A DNA stretch of 64,000 nt from an uncultured Acidobacteriota bacterium (GCA_963753035.1 CAVWAW010000019.1:67152-131151); one strand, 5' to 3'. Numbered from the stretch's first letter, positions 36,834-46,872 are shown. Notes: generated by a model not told the origin, from the letters alone. Made by a program: numbers and translations.

Positions 36834-36926
36834 GCTGCCGCTGCCGCTGCCGCTGCCGCTGCCGCTGCCGCTGCCGCTGCCGCTGCCGCTGCCGCTGCCG
36901 CCGCTGCCGCCGCCGCTGCCGCTGCC
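36834..36926. repeat. Hexanucleotide microsatellite (GCTGCC)n
   Basis: About 11 perfect GCTGCC units, then degenerate GCC/GCTGCC units. Ends 8 nt from the stop of the 36934-38913 gene. Confidence 0.95.
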
Positions 36927-36933
36927 CCGGCCG

Positions 36934-38913
36934 TCAGTCGCGCTTCGGGGGGTACTCCAACCCGTACTCGGCGAGGATCGCCGCCGCGAGGTTTTTGAGC
37001 TCGGTGGCCTCTTTCTTCAGCGGCCTCGAGGTCAGGAGGATCCCCGGGACGCTTTCGTGATCCATGCAATGGTCACCGCTCCAACGGTCGGTGTTGTCGG
37101 TGAGGACCTGCGGAAGGATCTCGCCGATGGCCGACTCGTCAGATCCCCGGGTTCCCCTGGCGTAGCCGACCTGGATGTCGGGTCCGATGTGGAGATAGCC
37201 GCCGTCGGTGTAGGTCGCCTCGCGGAGATAGACCTTGGAGATCGCGGGTTTGCCGGTTGTGGGATCGATCACCCGACGGAGTTTGTCGGAAACCTCCGCA
37301 AGGAGGCGATCCCGATCTTTAGGATCGACGATGCCGCCCTTTTCCCGACCGCTGAGATTGAGATAGAGGCCGTTGATGCCGAGGCCATAGGCGCGGGTCT
37401 TGGACCAGTCGACGTTTGAGTAGTACTCACCGGCTTTGTCGGGATCCTTGAGTGAAAGGTAACCGTTCTCCTTGAGCCAGGTGTTGAGGTGGAACGCGCG
37501 CCGCCATGGTGAGAATCCGTGATCGGACATCACCACCAGGAGGGTGTCTTCGGGCATGTGCTCCAGGGTGTAGCCCACAACCTTGTCCATCTTCTCGTAG
37601 AGTTCGGGCATAACCCCCGCGTACTTGGGATCTATTTCGGGGTCGTAGGCCGGGTGGTCGGGGTCCATGGCCCGCCAGATGATGTGCCCGACCAGGTCGG
37701 TGTTGCCGAAATAGTGGAAGAGCAGACCCTCGTCGAACTCATCGAGGACGAACTTGAATTGTTCAATGTTCTCATCGCCGGCGATCTTTGCCTGGGCGAG
37801 GAACTCATCGACTGTCAGGACCCCTGCCTTGGCCGCCCCGGTGTCCTCCGGCATGCCCTGGGTGAAGAAATAGCCCGTGCACTTGCACAAATGCTTGGCA
37901 TAGGAGTTCGGGGTCGAGATCGGCATGATCGGGGCCGTCGGGTCGATGTTGAGCGGTGAAACATAGAGTTCGAAGTGGGGTTTCACCGCACGCAAATAGA
38001 AACGGGCGATGGCCGGGAGCGCCTGGGTCGGGATCAGTTCGAAGGAAACGGGGACCCACTCGCTCCAGCCTCCCGCCTCGAGAATGAACGCCTCGTCCCC
38101 GATGACGAACTTCGCGGCGTTGGTCTGTTCATCGACATAGACCGTCATCTCTGCGGACACCCGGGTGGGCTTGAGGAGGAACGGATTGTCGGGTCCGAGG
38201 AGCCTTGCGTCGATCCGCCCGTTCCTGGCTTCCACTTGAAAGACATCACCGCCGTTGACGCTCTCGGTGCCGGGAGCGAACGGGTCGGAGGTGTAGAGAG
38301 AAAAAGTCCCGTAGGTGCCCAGTACATCGGGCGTCCCCATCCCGCTCAATTCACGCCCGGCGGTGCCGGACGGGGGAAAATTCGCCGGCATTTTGATGAT
38401 GGTTGTCGGAACTCCGTGTTCTTCGAGAACCGTCCAGAACGAGTTTCCTTTCCGCAGGAGTTCGACCGAGCCGGGGTCGAAGAACGAAGGGATCTGCCAT
38501 TTCCCGAGACTCCACATGGTTCCCGGTCTGGCGATACTGGTCGACAGGTACGGCGTCATGGTTTTCGGGTCGCGGTGGATGAAATCAAAAATCCCGTGGC
38601 CTCCGGCATCGGTCCCGGAAATGAAGTCCGACCAGGCAACCGGGCTCTGAGGTGGGATGGAAGTGCCGAGGGAAGCAAACCCCCCTGAATCGGCTAGTTT
38701 CTTGAACGACGGCAACCGGCCCGCCTCGATCATCTTGGCCGTCAATTCATAGTCCATGCCGTCAAAGCCGAGGATGATCACATTCGGTTTGTCGCTGCCG
38801 CCGTTTTCGCCTTCAACTACATCGGCCTGGAGTGGAAGACCGACTCCGAGCGCGAGAATGGCGAGCAGTGCCAGTGACAACAGAGCGAGTGTCAGTTTCA
38901 AAGGGGTTCGCAT
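36934..38913 (-). CDS. Secreted alkaline-phosphatase-family protein (type I phosphodiesterase/nucleotide pyrophosphatase-like)
   Basis: Signal peptide. NVIILGFDGMDYE metal site. IPPQSPVAWSDFISGTDAGGHGIFDF nucleophile region. VVMSDHGF. Confidence 0.8.
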   Translation of the reverse strand: MRTPLKLTLALLSLALLAILALGVGLPLQADVVEGENGGSDKPNVIILGFDGMDYELTAKMIEAGRLPSFKKLADSGGFASLGTSIPPQSPVAWSDFISGTDAGGHGIFDFIHRDPKTMTPYLSTSIARPGTMWSLGKWQIPSFFDPGSVELLRKGNSFWTVLEEHGVPTTIIKMPANFPPSGTAGRELSGMGTPDVLGTYGTFSLYTSDPFAPGTESVNGGDVFQVEARNGRIDARLLGPDNPFLLKPTRVSAEMTVYVDEQTNAAKFVIGDEAFILEAGGWSEWVPVSFELIPTQALPAIARFYLRAVKPHFELYVSPLNIDPTAPIMPISTPNSYAKHLCKCTGYFFTQGMPEDTGAAKAGVLTVDEFLAQAKIAGDENIEQFKFVLDEFDEGLLFHYFGNTDLVGHIIWRAMDPDHPAYDPEIDPKYAGVMPELYEKMDKVVGYTLEHMPEDTLLVVMSDHGFSPWRRAFHLNTWLKENGYLSLKDPDKAGEYYSNVDWSKTRAYGLGINGLYLNLSGREKGGIVDPKDRDRLLAEVSDKLRRVIDPTTGKPAISKVYLREATYTDGGYLHIGPDIQVGYARGTRGSDESAIGEILPQVLTDNTDRWSGDHCMDHESVPGILLTSRPLKKEATELKNLAAAILAEYGLEYPPKRD

Positions 38914-39127
38914 GATCTGCCTTTCTCTCCAGCCGAAATCGTCTCCAATCTTGATTTCGGCGTCGCGATCACCGCGGCAGTGTAGCTCGGATCCTTCCTG
39001 AGGATCCGTGTGCCGCCGGGAAAGGGTGAACGGCAGGCAACGACGTGATCGTCGCCGACTTCATGCGGCAAATAGCGAAAAGTGCTTCGAGGAACTGACT
39101 CCGTGGGAGCCCGGAAGAGGGTTGTTC

Positions 39128-39156
39128 TTGCGATTGCAGGCTGGATTCGGTAATAA
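39128..39156 (+). promoter_or_regulatory. Putative sigma70-type promoter of the 39226 gene
   Basis: TTGCGA (39128-39133), a 17-nt spacer, then TAATAA (39151-39156), about 70 nt upstream of the ATG. Confidence 0.4.
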
Positions 39157-39225
39157 TCGCGGGATCATGTGCGGTTGGTTTTTTCTTGAGAGACTGGGTA
39201 TTCGAGCATTTAGGAGGAGGAGCTG

Positions 39226-39963
39226 ATGAAACGATCGATGCTGATTGTTGTAATGGTGTTCGCTGTGAGCGTTGCCAGCGCGGGTGTGGTCGGGAAGGAT
39301 GGAAGCGTTCTTGCCGACAAAACCAGCCCCATCGGGACCACCGAGAGCCCGCTGCAGGCCGCCTGGGAATGGAGCACTGCCGGGTCCATGGATTTTGTTC
39401 CGACGACCGGTGGCAGCTTCGATGGTTGGGGTTCGCACTTCCTGGCCACGACGGTGAATACCAGCGGACAGGACATGCGGCTCCTCGAGTTCGGTTGGCC
39501 TTGCGCCGGTGACATCGACGGTGATTGGATGGTCTGGATCGGCGCCACCATGCCCGCCGACTACTCGACGCCCGACTATTCAGGACCGTTCACGTCGACC
39601 GACCCCGACCCCTTGACCTTCCCGCCGACCGTCTACACATATGTTGACGTGAGCGGGGCGAATGTGGTCGTTCCAGCCGGCGAGACCATCTGGTTCGCCT
39701 ATGTGAACCCGAGTGTCGGTGGCCAGATCGACTTCAATGGCGTTGACACGTGGGCGTGGTACGGCGGTGCTTGGGATGGCGACCAGGCGTGGGGCCGCAC
39801 CGCTGTGATGCAGCTCAAAGCGGATCCCGCTGCCCAGCCGACCCCGACCCCGGGGCCTGGTGGAACCAGCGTTCCGGTTCCGACCCTGTCGCCGTTCGGC
39901 CTCGTTGCACTGATGTTGGTGCTCGCCGGAATCGGTGCCGCGATCTTGATGCGCCGCCGCTGA
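39226..39963 (+). CDS. Secreted protein with an IPTL-CTERM-like (exosortase-type) sorting signal
   Basis: Signal peptide. C-terminus VPVPTLSPFGLVALMLVLAGIGAAILMRRR (motif, TM helix, basic tail). AGGAGGAGGAG RBS. Confidence 0.7.
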   Translation: MKRSMLIVVMVFAVSVASAGVVGKDGSVLADKTSPIGTTESPLQAAWEWSTAGSMDFVPTTGGSFDGWGSHFLATTVNTSGQDMRLLEFGWPCAGDIDGDWMVWIGATMPADYSTPDYSGPFTSTDPDPLTFPPTVYTYVDVSGANVVVPAGETIWFAYVNPSVGGQIDFNGVDTWAWYGGAWDGDQAWGRTAVMQLKADPAAQPTPTPGPGGTSVPVPTLSPFGLVALMLVLAGIGAAILMRRR

Positions 39964-39984
39964 CGGACAAACAAGCGGATAGCG

Positions 39985-40015
39985 GTCGGCCCCGCGAGCG
40001 GGGCCGACTTTTTTT
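39985..40015 (+). terminator. Rho-independent terminator
   Basis: GTCGGCCCC gcgagc GGGGCCGAC followed by TTTTTTT, 22 nt after the stop at 39963. Confidence 0.8.
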
Positions 40016-40111
40016 GTTCGCAACCGGATCAACAGATTCTGTTTCCCGGCGGTGGGTTCACGGGCTGGGATTGAAGAAACGTCAGCCGCCGATTCTATGC
40101 GGTGCAGACTC

Positions 40112-40954
40112 CTAGTGCGCCTCGAGCCATTTCTCCATCTTGTCGAAGACCTTCCGGCGCTCGAGCATCGGTTCGTTGAAGAGCTCGTGGTAGTAGCCCT
40201 CCCACTCGACATATTCAACGAGATCGGCGGGCGCTGACGCGACCCAGGTTCGAGTCGTGTCCGGGTCGACGAGCCGGTCATTGCCGGCCTGCATGACGAG
40301 CGCTGGGATCGTCATCAATGGCGCCTCGGCAAGAGCAGTGCGTTGGGCGGCCATCGCCGAAGTGGCCCAGCGCGCCGAAACCTGGTTGCTGACCAGCGGA
40401 TCGGCGATGTACAGCCTCTCGACCTCGGGATCTCGGCTCAGAAACGCGGGGTCTGCGACCTTGGAGAACATCATCTTCGGGATGATGCGCGAGACGAACT
40501 TCGATGCACCCATGACGACGGGCGACGGTTTGGAATCGGGGTGGATGCCGAGAAACGGTGAGGAGACCACGACCCCGTCGAGACGGTCAGGGCCTGTCTC
40601 TGCGTAGAGCAGAGAGAGGAGCCCCCCCTGGGAGTGGCCGACGAGGAAGATCTTCTGTTTCGGGTGGCGGATTCTGACAAGACGATGCGCCTCGGCGAGA
40701 TCGGCGAGAAACTCGTCAAAACTGTCGACGTGAACCCTCGGGCCTGGGCTCTTGCCATGGCCGCGATAATCAAAACCAAAGCACGTCCATCCCCGGGCAA
40801 CGAAATGGCGAACCGGGTTGAGATACCTCCCCGAGTGTTCCGCCAGGCCGTGGACCATGAGAAGCACGCCCTCGGGTTCGCCGGGTGGTTGCCAAGATTG
40901 CCAGTAGAGGGCGAGACCGTCATCCGTGGCCAGGGTGCCTTCTTCGTGGTTCAT
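40112..40954 (-). CDS. Alpha/beta hydrolase (lysophospholipase / monoacylglycerol lipase-like)
   Basis: HGLAEHSGRY, nucleophile elbow GHSQGG, 280 aa. Confidence 0.85.
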   Translation of the reverse strand: MNHEEGTLATDDGLALYWQSWQPPGEPEGVLLMVHGLAEHSGRYLNPVRHFVARGWTCFGFDYRGHGKSPGPRVHVDSFDEFLADLAEAHRLVRIRHPKQKIFLVGHSQGGLLSLLYAETGPDRLDGVVVSSPFLGIHPDSKPSPVVMGASKFVSRIIPKMMFSKVADPAFLSRDPEVERLYIADPLVSNQVSARWATSAMAAQRTALAEAPLMTIPALVMQAGNDRLVDPDTTRTWVASAPADLVEYVEWEGYYHELFNEPMLERRKVFDKMEKWLEAH

Positions 40955-41002
40955 TGCAGCGTGATCCCCCTGGATAAGATTCTAGCGAAACTTCGGCGGA
41001 AA

Positions 41003-41056
41003 GGTGAGAATCGCGGCATTGGGGTTGAGGTCTTGAGGTCTTAAGGTCGTGAGGAA
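41003..41056. repeat. One-armed GTGAGG-type heptamer word array
   Basis: GGTGAGA...GGTTGAGGTCTTGAGGTCTTAAGGTCGTGAGGAA. Followed at 41083-41099 by ATCCAGCATCCAGCATC, which overlaps the glpK stop. Confidence 0.55.
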
Positions 41057-41097
41057 TTGACAGCTGCTACGGCGCACTTACGATCCAGCATCCAGCA

Positions 41098-42588
<1,491 letters not shown>

Positions 42589-42662
42589 GGGCGTCTCCTT
42601 TGTCTTCAAGATTCTCGCCCGGATCGGCGGAAAAGCAAACCTCGCCGGGCTCCATCGAGAGG

Positions 42663-42830
42663 ACCAGGATGAACCGCAAGGGCGCAATGGACACTAGGCA
42701 TCGCAACGTCGCAAACACGAAGACGCGAAGACGCGAAGATATCGCACACCAAGACATCGCGATCATTGGCTGCGATGTCTGCGATGTCTGCGATGCGTTG
42801 CGTCCCTTGCGTCCTTGCGGTTCAACTCTA
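42663..42830. repeat. Mini-E600: left and right arms abutted, with no internal region
   Basis: GAACCGCAAGGGCGCAATGG...(CGCGAAGA)x2... mirrored by ...GCGATGTCTGCGATGTCTGCGATGCGTTGCGTCCCTTGCGTCCTTGCGGTTCAAC. The right end is 1 nt from the TAG of the 42828 gene. Confidence 0.75.
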
Positions 42831-44117
42831 TGACGCGACCTCTCGACGCATCCCGGCCTGCTTTCGGCCGAGCCACAGGCCGACACCCATCCAGGCGCCG
42901 GCCAGGGGGATGGCGGCAAAGGCGATCCCGGTCATCCCGAGACCGAGCCAACCCATTGCGGCGTAGGACCAGGCGCCGACCTGGTCGCCGGCGCGGTAGA
43001 CAAAGGTGTCGATGAAGTTTTTCGCCTTGTACTTGGTCTCTCGTGGCAGCACGGTGTAGAGCATCTCGCGGCAGGGACGGGTGACGGCGTAGTTCGATGC
43101 CCGGCGGATGATCTGGAAGGCCGCAATGACACCCAGGGTCGGCGCCAAGCCGAGCCCGAAGAAACCGATGGCGCTGATCAGGGGCAGCCAGGCCAGGGCC
43201 ATGGCGATCCCGATGAATCGGACGATCCTGCCGGTGAGGAAGATCTGGGTGAGGATGGTGAGGATGTTGACGGCGAGATCGAGACGGGCGAAGAAAACGG
43301 TTCGCGACGCCCGGTCGGCGAAGACATCGGCGACGACTTCGGCCTGCTCGAAATAAAGGAAGGTCGAGGTAACGGTGTAGAACAGCATGTAGGCGACGAT
43401 GCCGAGCAGGTAGGGTGAGCGAAACACCGCGGCGATGCCCGCCATGACACCGCCGCCGATGATCTCGTCGTTCGGGTTTTCGGGGCCGGTCGGGTCGGGT
43501 GATGGATCGGGGCCGCCGCTGCGCAGCAGGATCAGCGCGATGACCACCGCGAGTTCGATGAAGGCGATTGAGACCAGGAGAAGAAATCGCGGTGGAATCT
43601 GCTGCGCCAGAGTGGCGGTGACAGCCGATCCCACGATGGCCCCCGCGGTGCCGCCGACCGCGATGAAGCCGAAGATGCGGGCTCCTTGTCCGGGTTTGAA
43701 GAGATCCGCCATGACCGACCAGAAGATGGAAACCACAAAGAGATTGAAGACCGAGGTCCAGATGTAGAAGACCCGGCCCACCCAGATGATCTTTGCTTCG
43801 GGCAATACGCTGAGTAGGAAAAGAAAAACGAGCATGCAGAGGGCGAAGAGGTTGTAGCTCAGCGGGATGAATCGGCGGCGGGGCAGGCGGGAGACCATGG
43901 CGGTGTAGATCGGGTGGGCCAGCAGCATCCCGACCAGCGTCCCGGTGAAGAGCCACGGCAGGTTGCGGACCCCGCCGGCAATCCCCATCTCGTCGCGCAG
44001 GGGTCGGATGATGAAGTAGCCGGCCATGATGAGGAAAAAGTAGAGGGCGGACAGCAGCATCGGGCGGGCTTCGTCCGCCTCGACCGAAACAACGCGTTGG
44101 AGTATTTTGTTCAGCAT
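42828..44117 (-). CDS. Multi-pass transporter, TLC (ATP/ADP translocase-like, COG3202) / MFS-type
   Basis: About 11-12 TM helices. The N-terminal LLSALYFFLIMAGYFIIRPLRDEMG resembles the TLC family signature (FxxILxNYxxLRxxKD). Confidence 0.6.
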   Translation of the reverse strand: MLNKILQRVVSVEADEARPMLLSALYFFLIMAGYFIIRPLRDEMGIAGGVRNLPWLFTGTLVGMLLAHPIYTAMVSRLPRRRFIPLSYNLFALCMLVFLFLLSVLPEAKIIWVGRVFYIWTSVFNLFVVSIFWSVMADLFKPGQGARIFGFIAVGGTAGAIVGSAVTATLAQQIPPRFLLLVSIAFIELAVVIALILLRSGGPDPSPDPTGPENPNDEIIGGGVMAGIAAVFRSPYLLGIVAYMLFYTVTSTFLYFEQAEVVADVFADRASRTVFFARLDLAVNILTILTQIFLTGRIVRFIGIAMALAWLPLISAIGFFGLGLAPTLGVIAAFQIIRRASNYAVTRPCREMLYTVLPRETKYKAKNFIDTFVYRAGDQVGAWSYAAMGWLGLGMTGIAFAAIPLAGAWMGVGLWLGRKQAGMRREVAS

Positions 44118-44201
44118 CTTGCCCAGTCAACCCTTGGCGGGGCGAGTCGATTCCATGCCCCTGGATCGGCTGTGACTGTGGAGGGGGGCTTCCGGTCTAT
44201 G

Positions 44202-44305
44202 CGTAGGGTGGGCCTGGGCCCACCTTCAGGTCCAATCCGGTTGGAAAAACGCCGCCACGAAGTCAGCCAACGTCCACGCTGCGTCCGATCCACTCTCAAA
44301 TGTGA
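44202..44305 (-). repeat. Q module, inverted copy
   Basis: CGTAGGGTGGGCCTGGGCCCACCTTCAGG...CCACTCTCAAATGTGATGTCT aligns with rc of 36359-36462. Confidence 0.65.
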
Positions 44306-44445
44306 TGTCTTGGCGCTTCTTTGCGATGGATGATCTTTGTGATTCAACCCTGCGATGTTGCGACGTATCTGCGGCAATCTGCGTCATCTGCGGGCAACCT
44401 GCGATGGCGCGATGGAATCCGTGTCCATCTGTGTGATCAGTGGGT
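44299..44445. repeat. Solo E600-type arm, CGCAGAT/CTGCGAT word variant
   Basis: ...GATTCAACCCTGCGATGTTGCGACGTATCTGCGGCAATCTGCGTCATCTGCGGGCAACCTGCGATGGCGCGATGGAATCCGTGTCCATCTGTGTGATC. The rc aligns with 53196-53275. Confidence 0.6.
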
Positions 44446-44644
44446 TTTCGGCGGCGGGAACGCGTGTCCTGGAACGCGGCGCCGAACCCGATGCTCCCAC
44501 CGCTGGTGGCCGAGAGTGCCCCTCAATCCATTGTTCGGCCCTTAGATCCGGCTCGCGATGAACGTCCCACTACCGAACAAGAGATTGAACGGCACGTCCG
44601 TTGGAAGGTGGTTTCTGACGCCTTCGTGGTTGCGACGTCCGCTG

Positions 44645-45805
44645 CTACTCCGGGTCCGCCTCGCGTGCATGCCAGGCGGCGAGGACCTTCTTTTCTTTCT
44701 CGGCGGAAAGCCCGGCCTTCGGTTTGGCGCGGCGTTCCTCGGGCAGGGAGTTCCAGTAGTCCATGGTGGCCTTGGCGGTGTCGGCCAGAGGTCTGAAACT
44801 CAGGCCCGCGTCGAGGGCGCGCTGGATGCTCGATGCCGAGAAACCGGCGTATTCACCCACAGGGGGAACCCACACCGTCATCTCCATCCAGGGTTGGACC
44901 TCGTGCTTGCCAAGAAAATCAGCATCCACCCAGGTGAAGGAAATCTCGTTGTCAACCGCGGCACGGATGCCGTAGAGCATTCCGGCGATGCTCATGGGCG
45001 ACCGGGGCCCGACACCGTTGTAGGTACTTACGGCCTTGGCCTCGACAAGTCGGATGTACCACTCACCGAGATCGCGGCAGTCGATGAATTGGACCGGGTC
45101 ATCAGGGTTGCCCGGAGCCATGACCTCACCGCCGTCAAAGATCCGTATCGGCCAATAGGAGAATCGATCCGAGTAGTCGCCGGGGCCGACAATGAGGCCG
45201 GGTCGGACGACAATGGCCTTGCCGGGGAAGGCCTTGCGCGCCTCCTCCTCACAGCGAGCCTTGAGCGGACCGTAGTTTTCGCCTGTGATCTCTTTTGTGG
45301 TCTTGACCAGGGCCTCGTCCTCGGCGGAGATCTGGCCGACGGCGGCAGTCTCATCGGCGCCCGGGACCGACGAATCGGCATAGGCCGAGATCGACGAGGT
45401 GTAGAGATAGAGATCGGCGGCGCCAGAGAGCAGACCGGCCGATTCGCTGACCCAGCGCGGGATCGAGGCGGTATTGTCGATGACAACATCCCATCGCCGG
45501 CCTTCGGCAACCGCCTTTTCAAGCGCGGAGATGTCGTCGTTTCGGTCGCCCTTGAGGCGCTCGACATCCGGGAAGAGGTGGGAATTCGTCTTGCCACGGT
45601 TGAAGAGGGTCAGATTGTGGCCGCGGGCGAGAGCGTACTCCACCATGGGTGGTCCGATCAGGCCGGTCCCGCCGAGGACGAGAATCTCGAGCGGTTTGTT
45701 TGCCTTGTCTGGATCGGCTTTGCTGGTGCGGGCGGCGGCTGCGACCCCGGCGGCGGTGGCGGCAAGGACGGAAAGCTGGACAAATTCACGGCGATTGGCA
45801 GACAT
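44645..45805 (-). CDS. Tat-exported NAD(P)-binding epimerase/dehydratase-family protein
   Basis: Twin-arginine signal NRREFVQLSVLAATAAGVAAA. Rossmann motif ILVLGGTGLIGPPM. GGGAGGAG RBS. Confidence 0.8.
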   Translation of the reverse strand: MSANRREFVQLSVLAATAAGVAAAARTSKADPDKANKPLEILVLGGTGLIGPPMVEYALARGHNLTLFNRGKTNSHLFPDVERLKGDRNDDISALEKAVAEGRRWDVVIDNTASIPRWVSESAGLLSGAADLYLYTSSISAYADSSVPGADETAAVGQISAEDEALVKTTKEITGENYGPLKARCEEEARKAFPGKAIVVRPGLIVGPGDYSDRFSYWPIRIFDGGEVMAPGNPDDPVQFIDCRDLGEWYIRLVEAKAVSTYNGVGPRSPMSIAGMLYGIRAAVDNEISFTWVDADFLGKHEVQPWMEMTVWVPPVGEYAGFSASSIQRALDAGLSFRPLADTAKATMDYWNSLPEERRAKPKAGLSAEKEKKVLAAWHAREADPE

Positions 45806-45918
45806 CGTCGATCTCCTCCCTCGTTGGCACGATGGGTGCCGAATGAGTATACGGGGGCTTCGATGACGGGTTTGGACGAATACGGGTAGGATGAGAGGTC
45901 AAGTGTGAATTATGAATT

Positions 45919-46030
45919 CGGAGTGAGGAGTGAGGAGTGAGGAGTGAGGAGTGAGGTAGTCAGAAGGTGGGGACGTCGCTCCGTTTTACCTCCTAACCTT
46001 CTAACTTTCTGACCTTCTAACCTCCTCACC
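45919..46030. repeat. GTGAGG-word palindrome G1
   Basis: (GAGTGAG)x5 GTAGTCAGAAGGTGG ... CCTCCTAACCTTCTAACTTTCTGACCTTCTAACCTCCTCACCCC. The arms are imperfect reverse complements. Confidence 0.75.
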
Positions 46031-46050
46031 CCGCCGAGAGGAGAATCTGA

Positions 46051-46872
46051 ATGGCCAAGCGACTCGATGGAACGGTCGCATTCATCACCGGGGCTTCGTC
46101 TGGGATCGGAGCGGCCATGGCGCGCGACTTCGCCCGCCGCGGCGCCGACCTCGTGCTCACGGCTCGGCGCTGGGAACGGCTCGAGGCGCTTGCTCTGGAA
46201 CTCCGCGCCCAGGGTCGGCGGGCCCTGGTTGTACAGTGCGATGTGACCGTCGACGGCGATCTCGAGGCGGCGGTGGCCGAAGCCCTCGACAAGCTCGGTC
46301 GCATCGACTGGGTCGTCGCGAACGCAGGTTTTGGCGTCGCAGGCTGGTTTCACCGCCGCGAGCTCGCGGACTACCGACGGCAGTTCGAGACCAATGTCTA
46401 CGGTGTGATCCGAACCGCCTTCGCGACCCGCGAGGCCCTGGAGGCGTCGGGAGGGTGCTTCGCCATCATGGGCTCGGTCATGAGCCATGTTTCGTTGCCG
46501 GGGACGTCGCCGTACGCCATGAGCAAACACGCCGTCCGGGCTCTGGCGGCATCGCTGCGCAACGAGTGGCGGCCCCGCGGTGTGGCGGTGACCCTACTGG
46601 CGCCCGGTTTTGTCGACTCGGAGATCCGTCAAGTGGGCAACGACGGGCAACGCGACCCCGACGCCGGGGACTCGGTGCCCAGGTGGTTGCGGATGCGAAC
46701 CGACACCGCCGCCCGCAAAATGGTGTCGGCGGTGGTGCGGCGGAAACGTGAAGCCGTGATCACGTTTCACGGCAAGGTCGGCGTGTTTCTCGCTCATCAC
46801 ACACCGGGCCTCCTCGACTTTCTGGTTCGGGTGTTCGGCGTGAAGAGCTCGGGAGCGAAGAAACCCGATTAG
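46051..46872 (+). CDS. Short-chain dehydrogenase/reductase (SDR)
   Basis: TGASSGIG and the catalytic YAMSKHA (YxxxK). Confidence 0.9.
   Translation: MAKRLDGTVAFITGASSGIGAAMARDFARRGADLVLTARRWERLEALALELRAQGRRALVVQCDVTVDGDLEAAVAEALDKLGRIDWVVANAGFGVAGWFHRRELADYRRQFETNVYGVIRTAFATREALEASGGCFAIMGSVMSHVSLPGTSPYAMSKHAVRALAASLRNEWRPRGVAVTLLAPGFVDSEIRQVGNDGQRDPDAGDSVPRWLRMRTDTAARKMVSAVVRRKREAVITFHGKVGVFLAHHTPGLLDFLVRVFGVKSSGAKKPD

Noticed and set aside
36686-37069. ORF encoding a poly-Ala run of about 50 residues. The opposite-strand ORFs 36803-37060 and 36277-37419 encode CR and LP repeats.
   Set aside because: This is simply the (GCTGCC)n microsatellite read in frame. There is no RBS and no flanking protein-like sequence, and it overlaps the 3' end of a well-supported gene.
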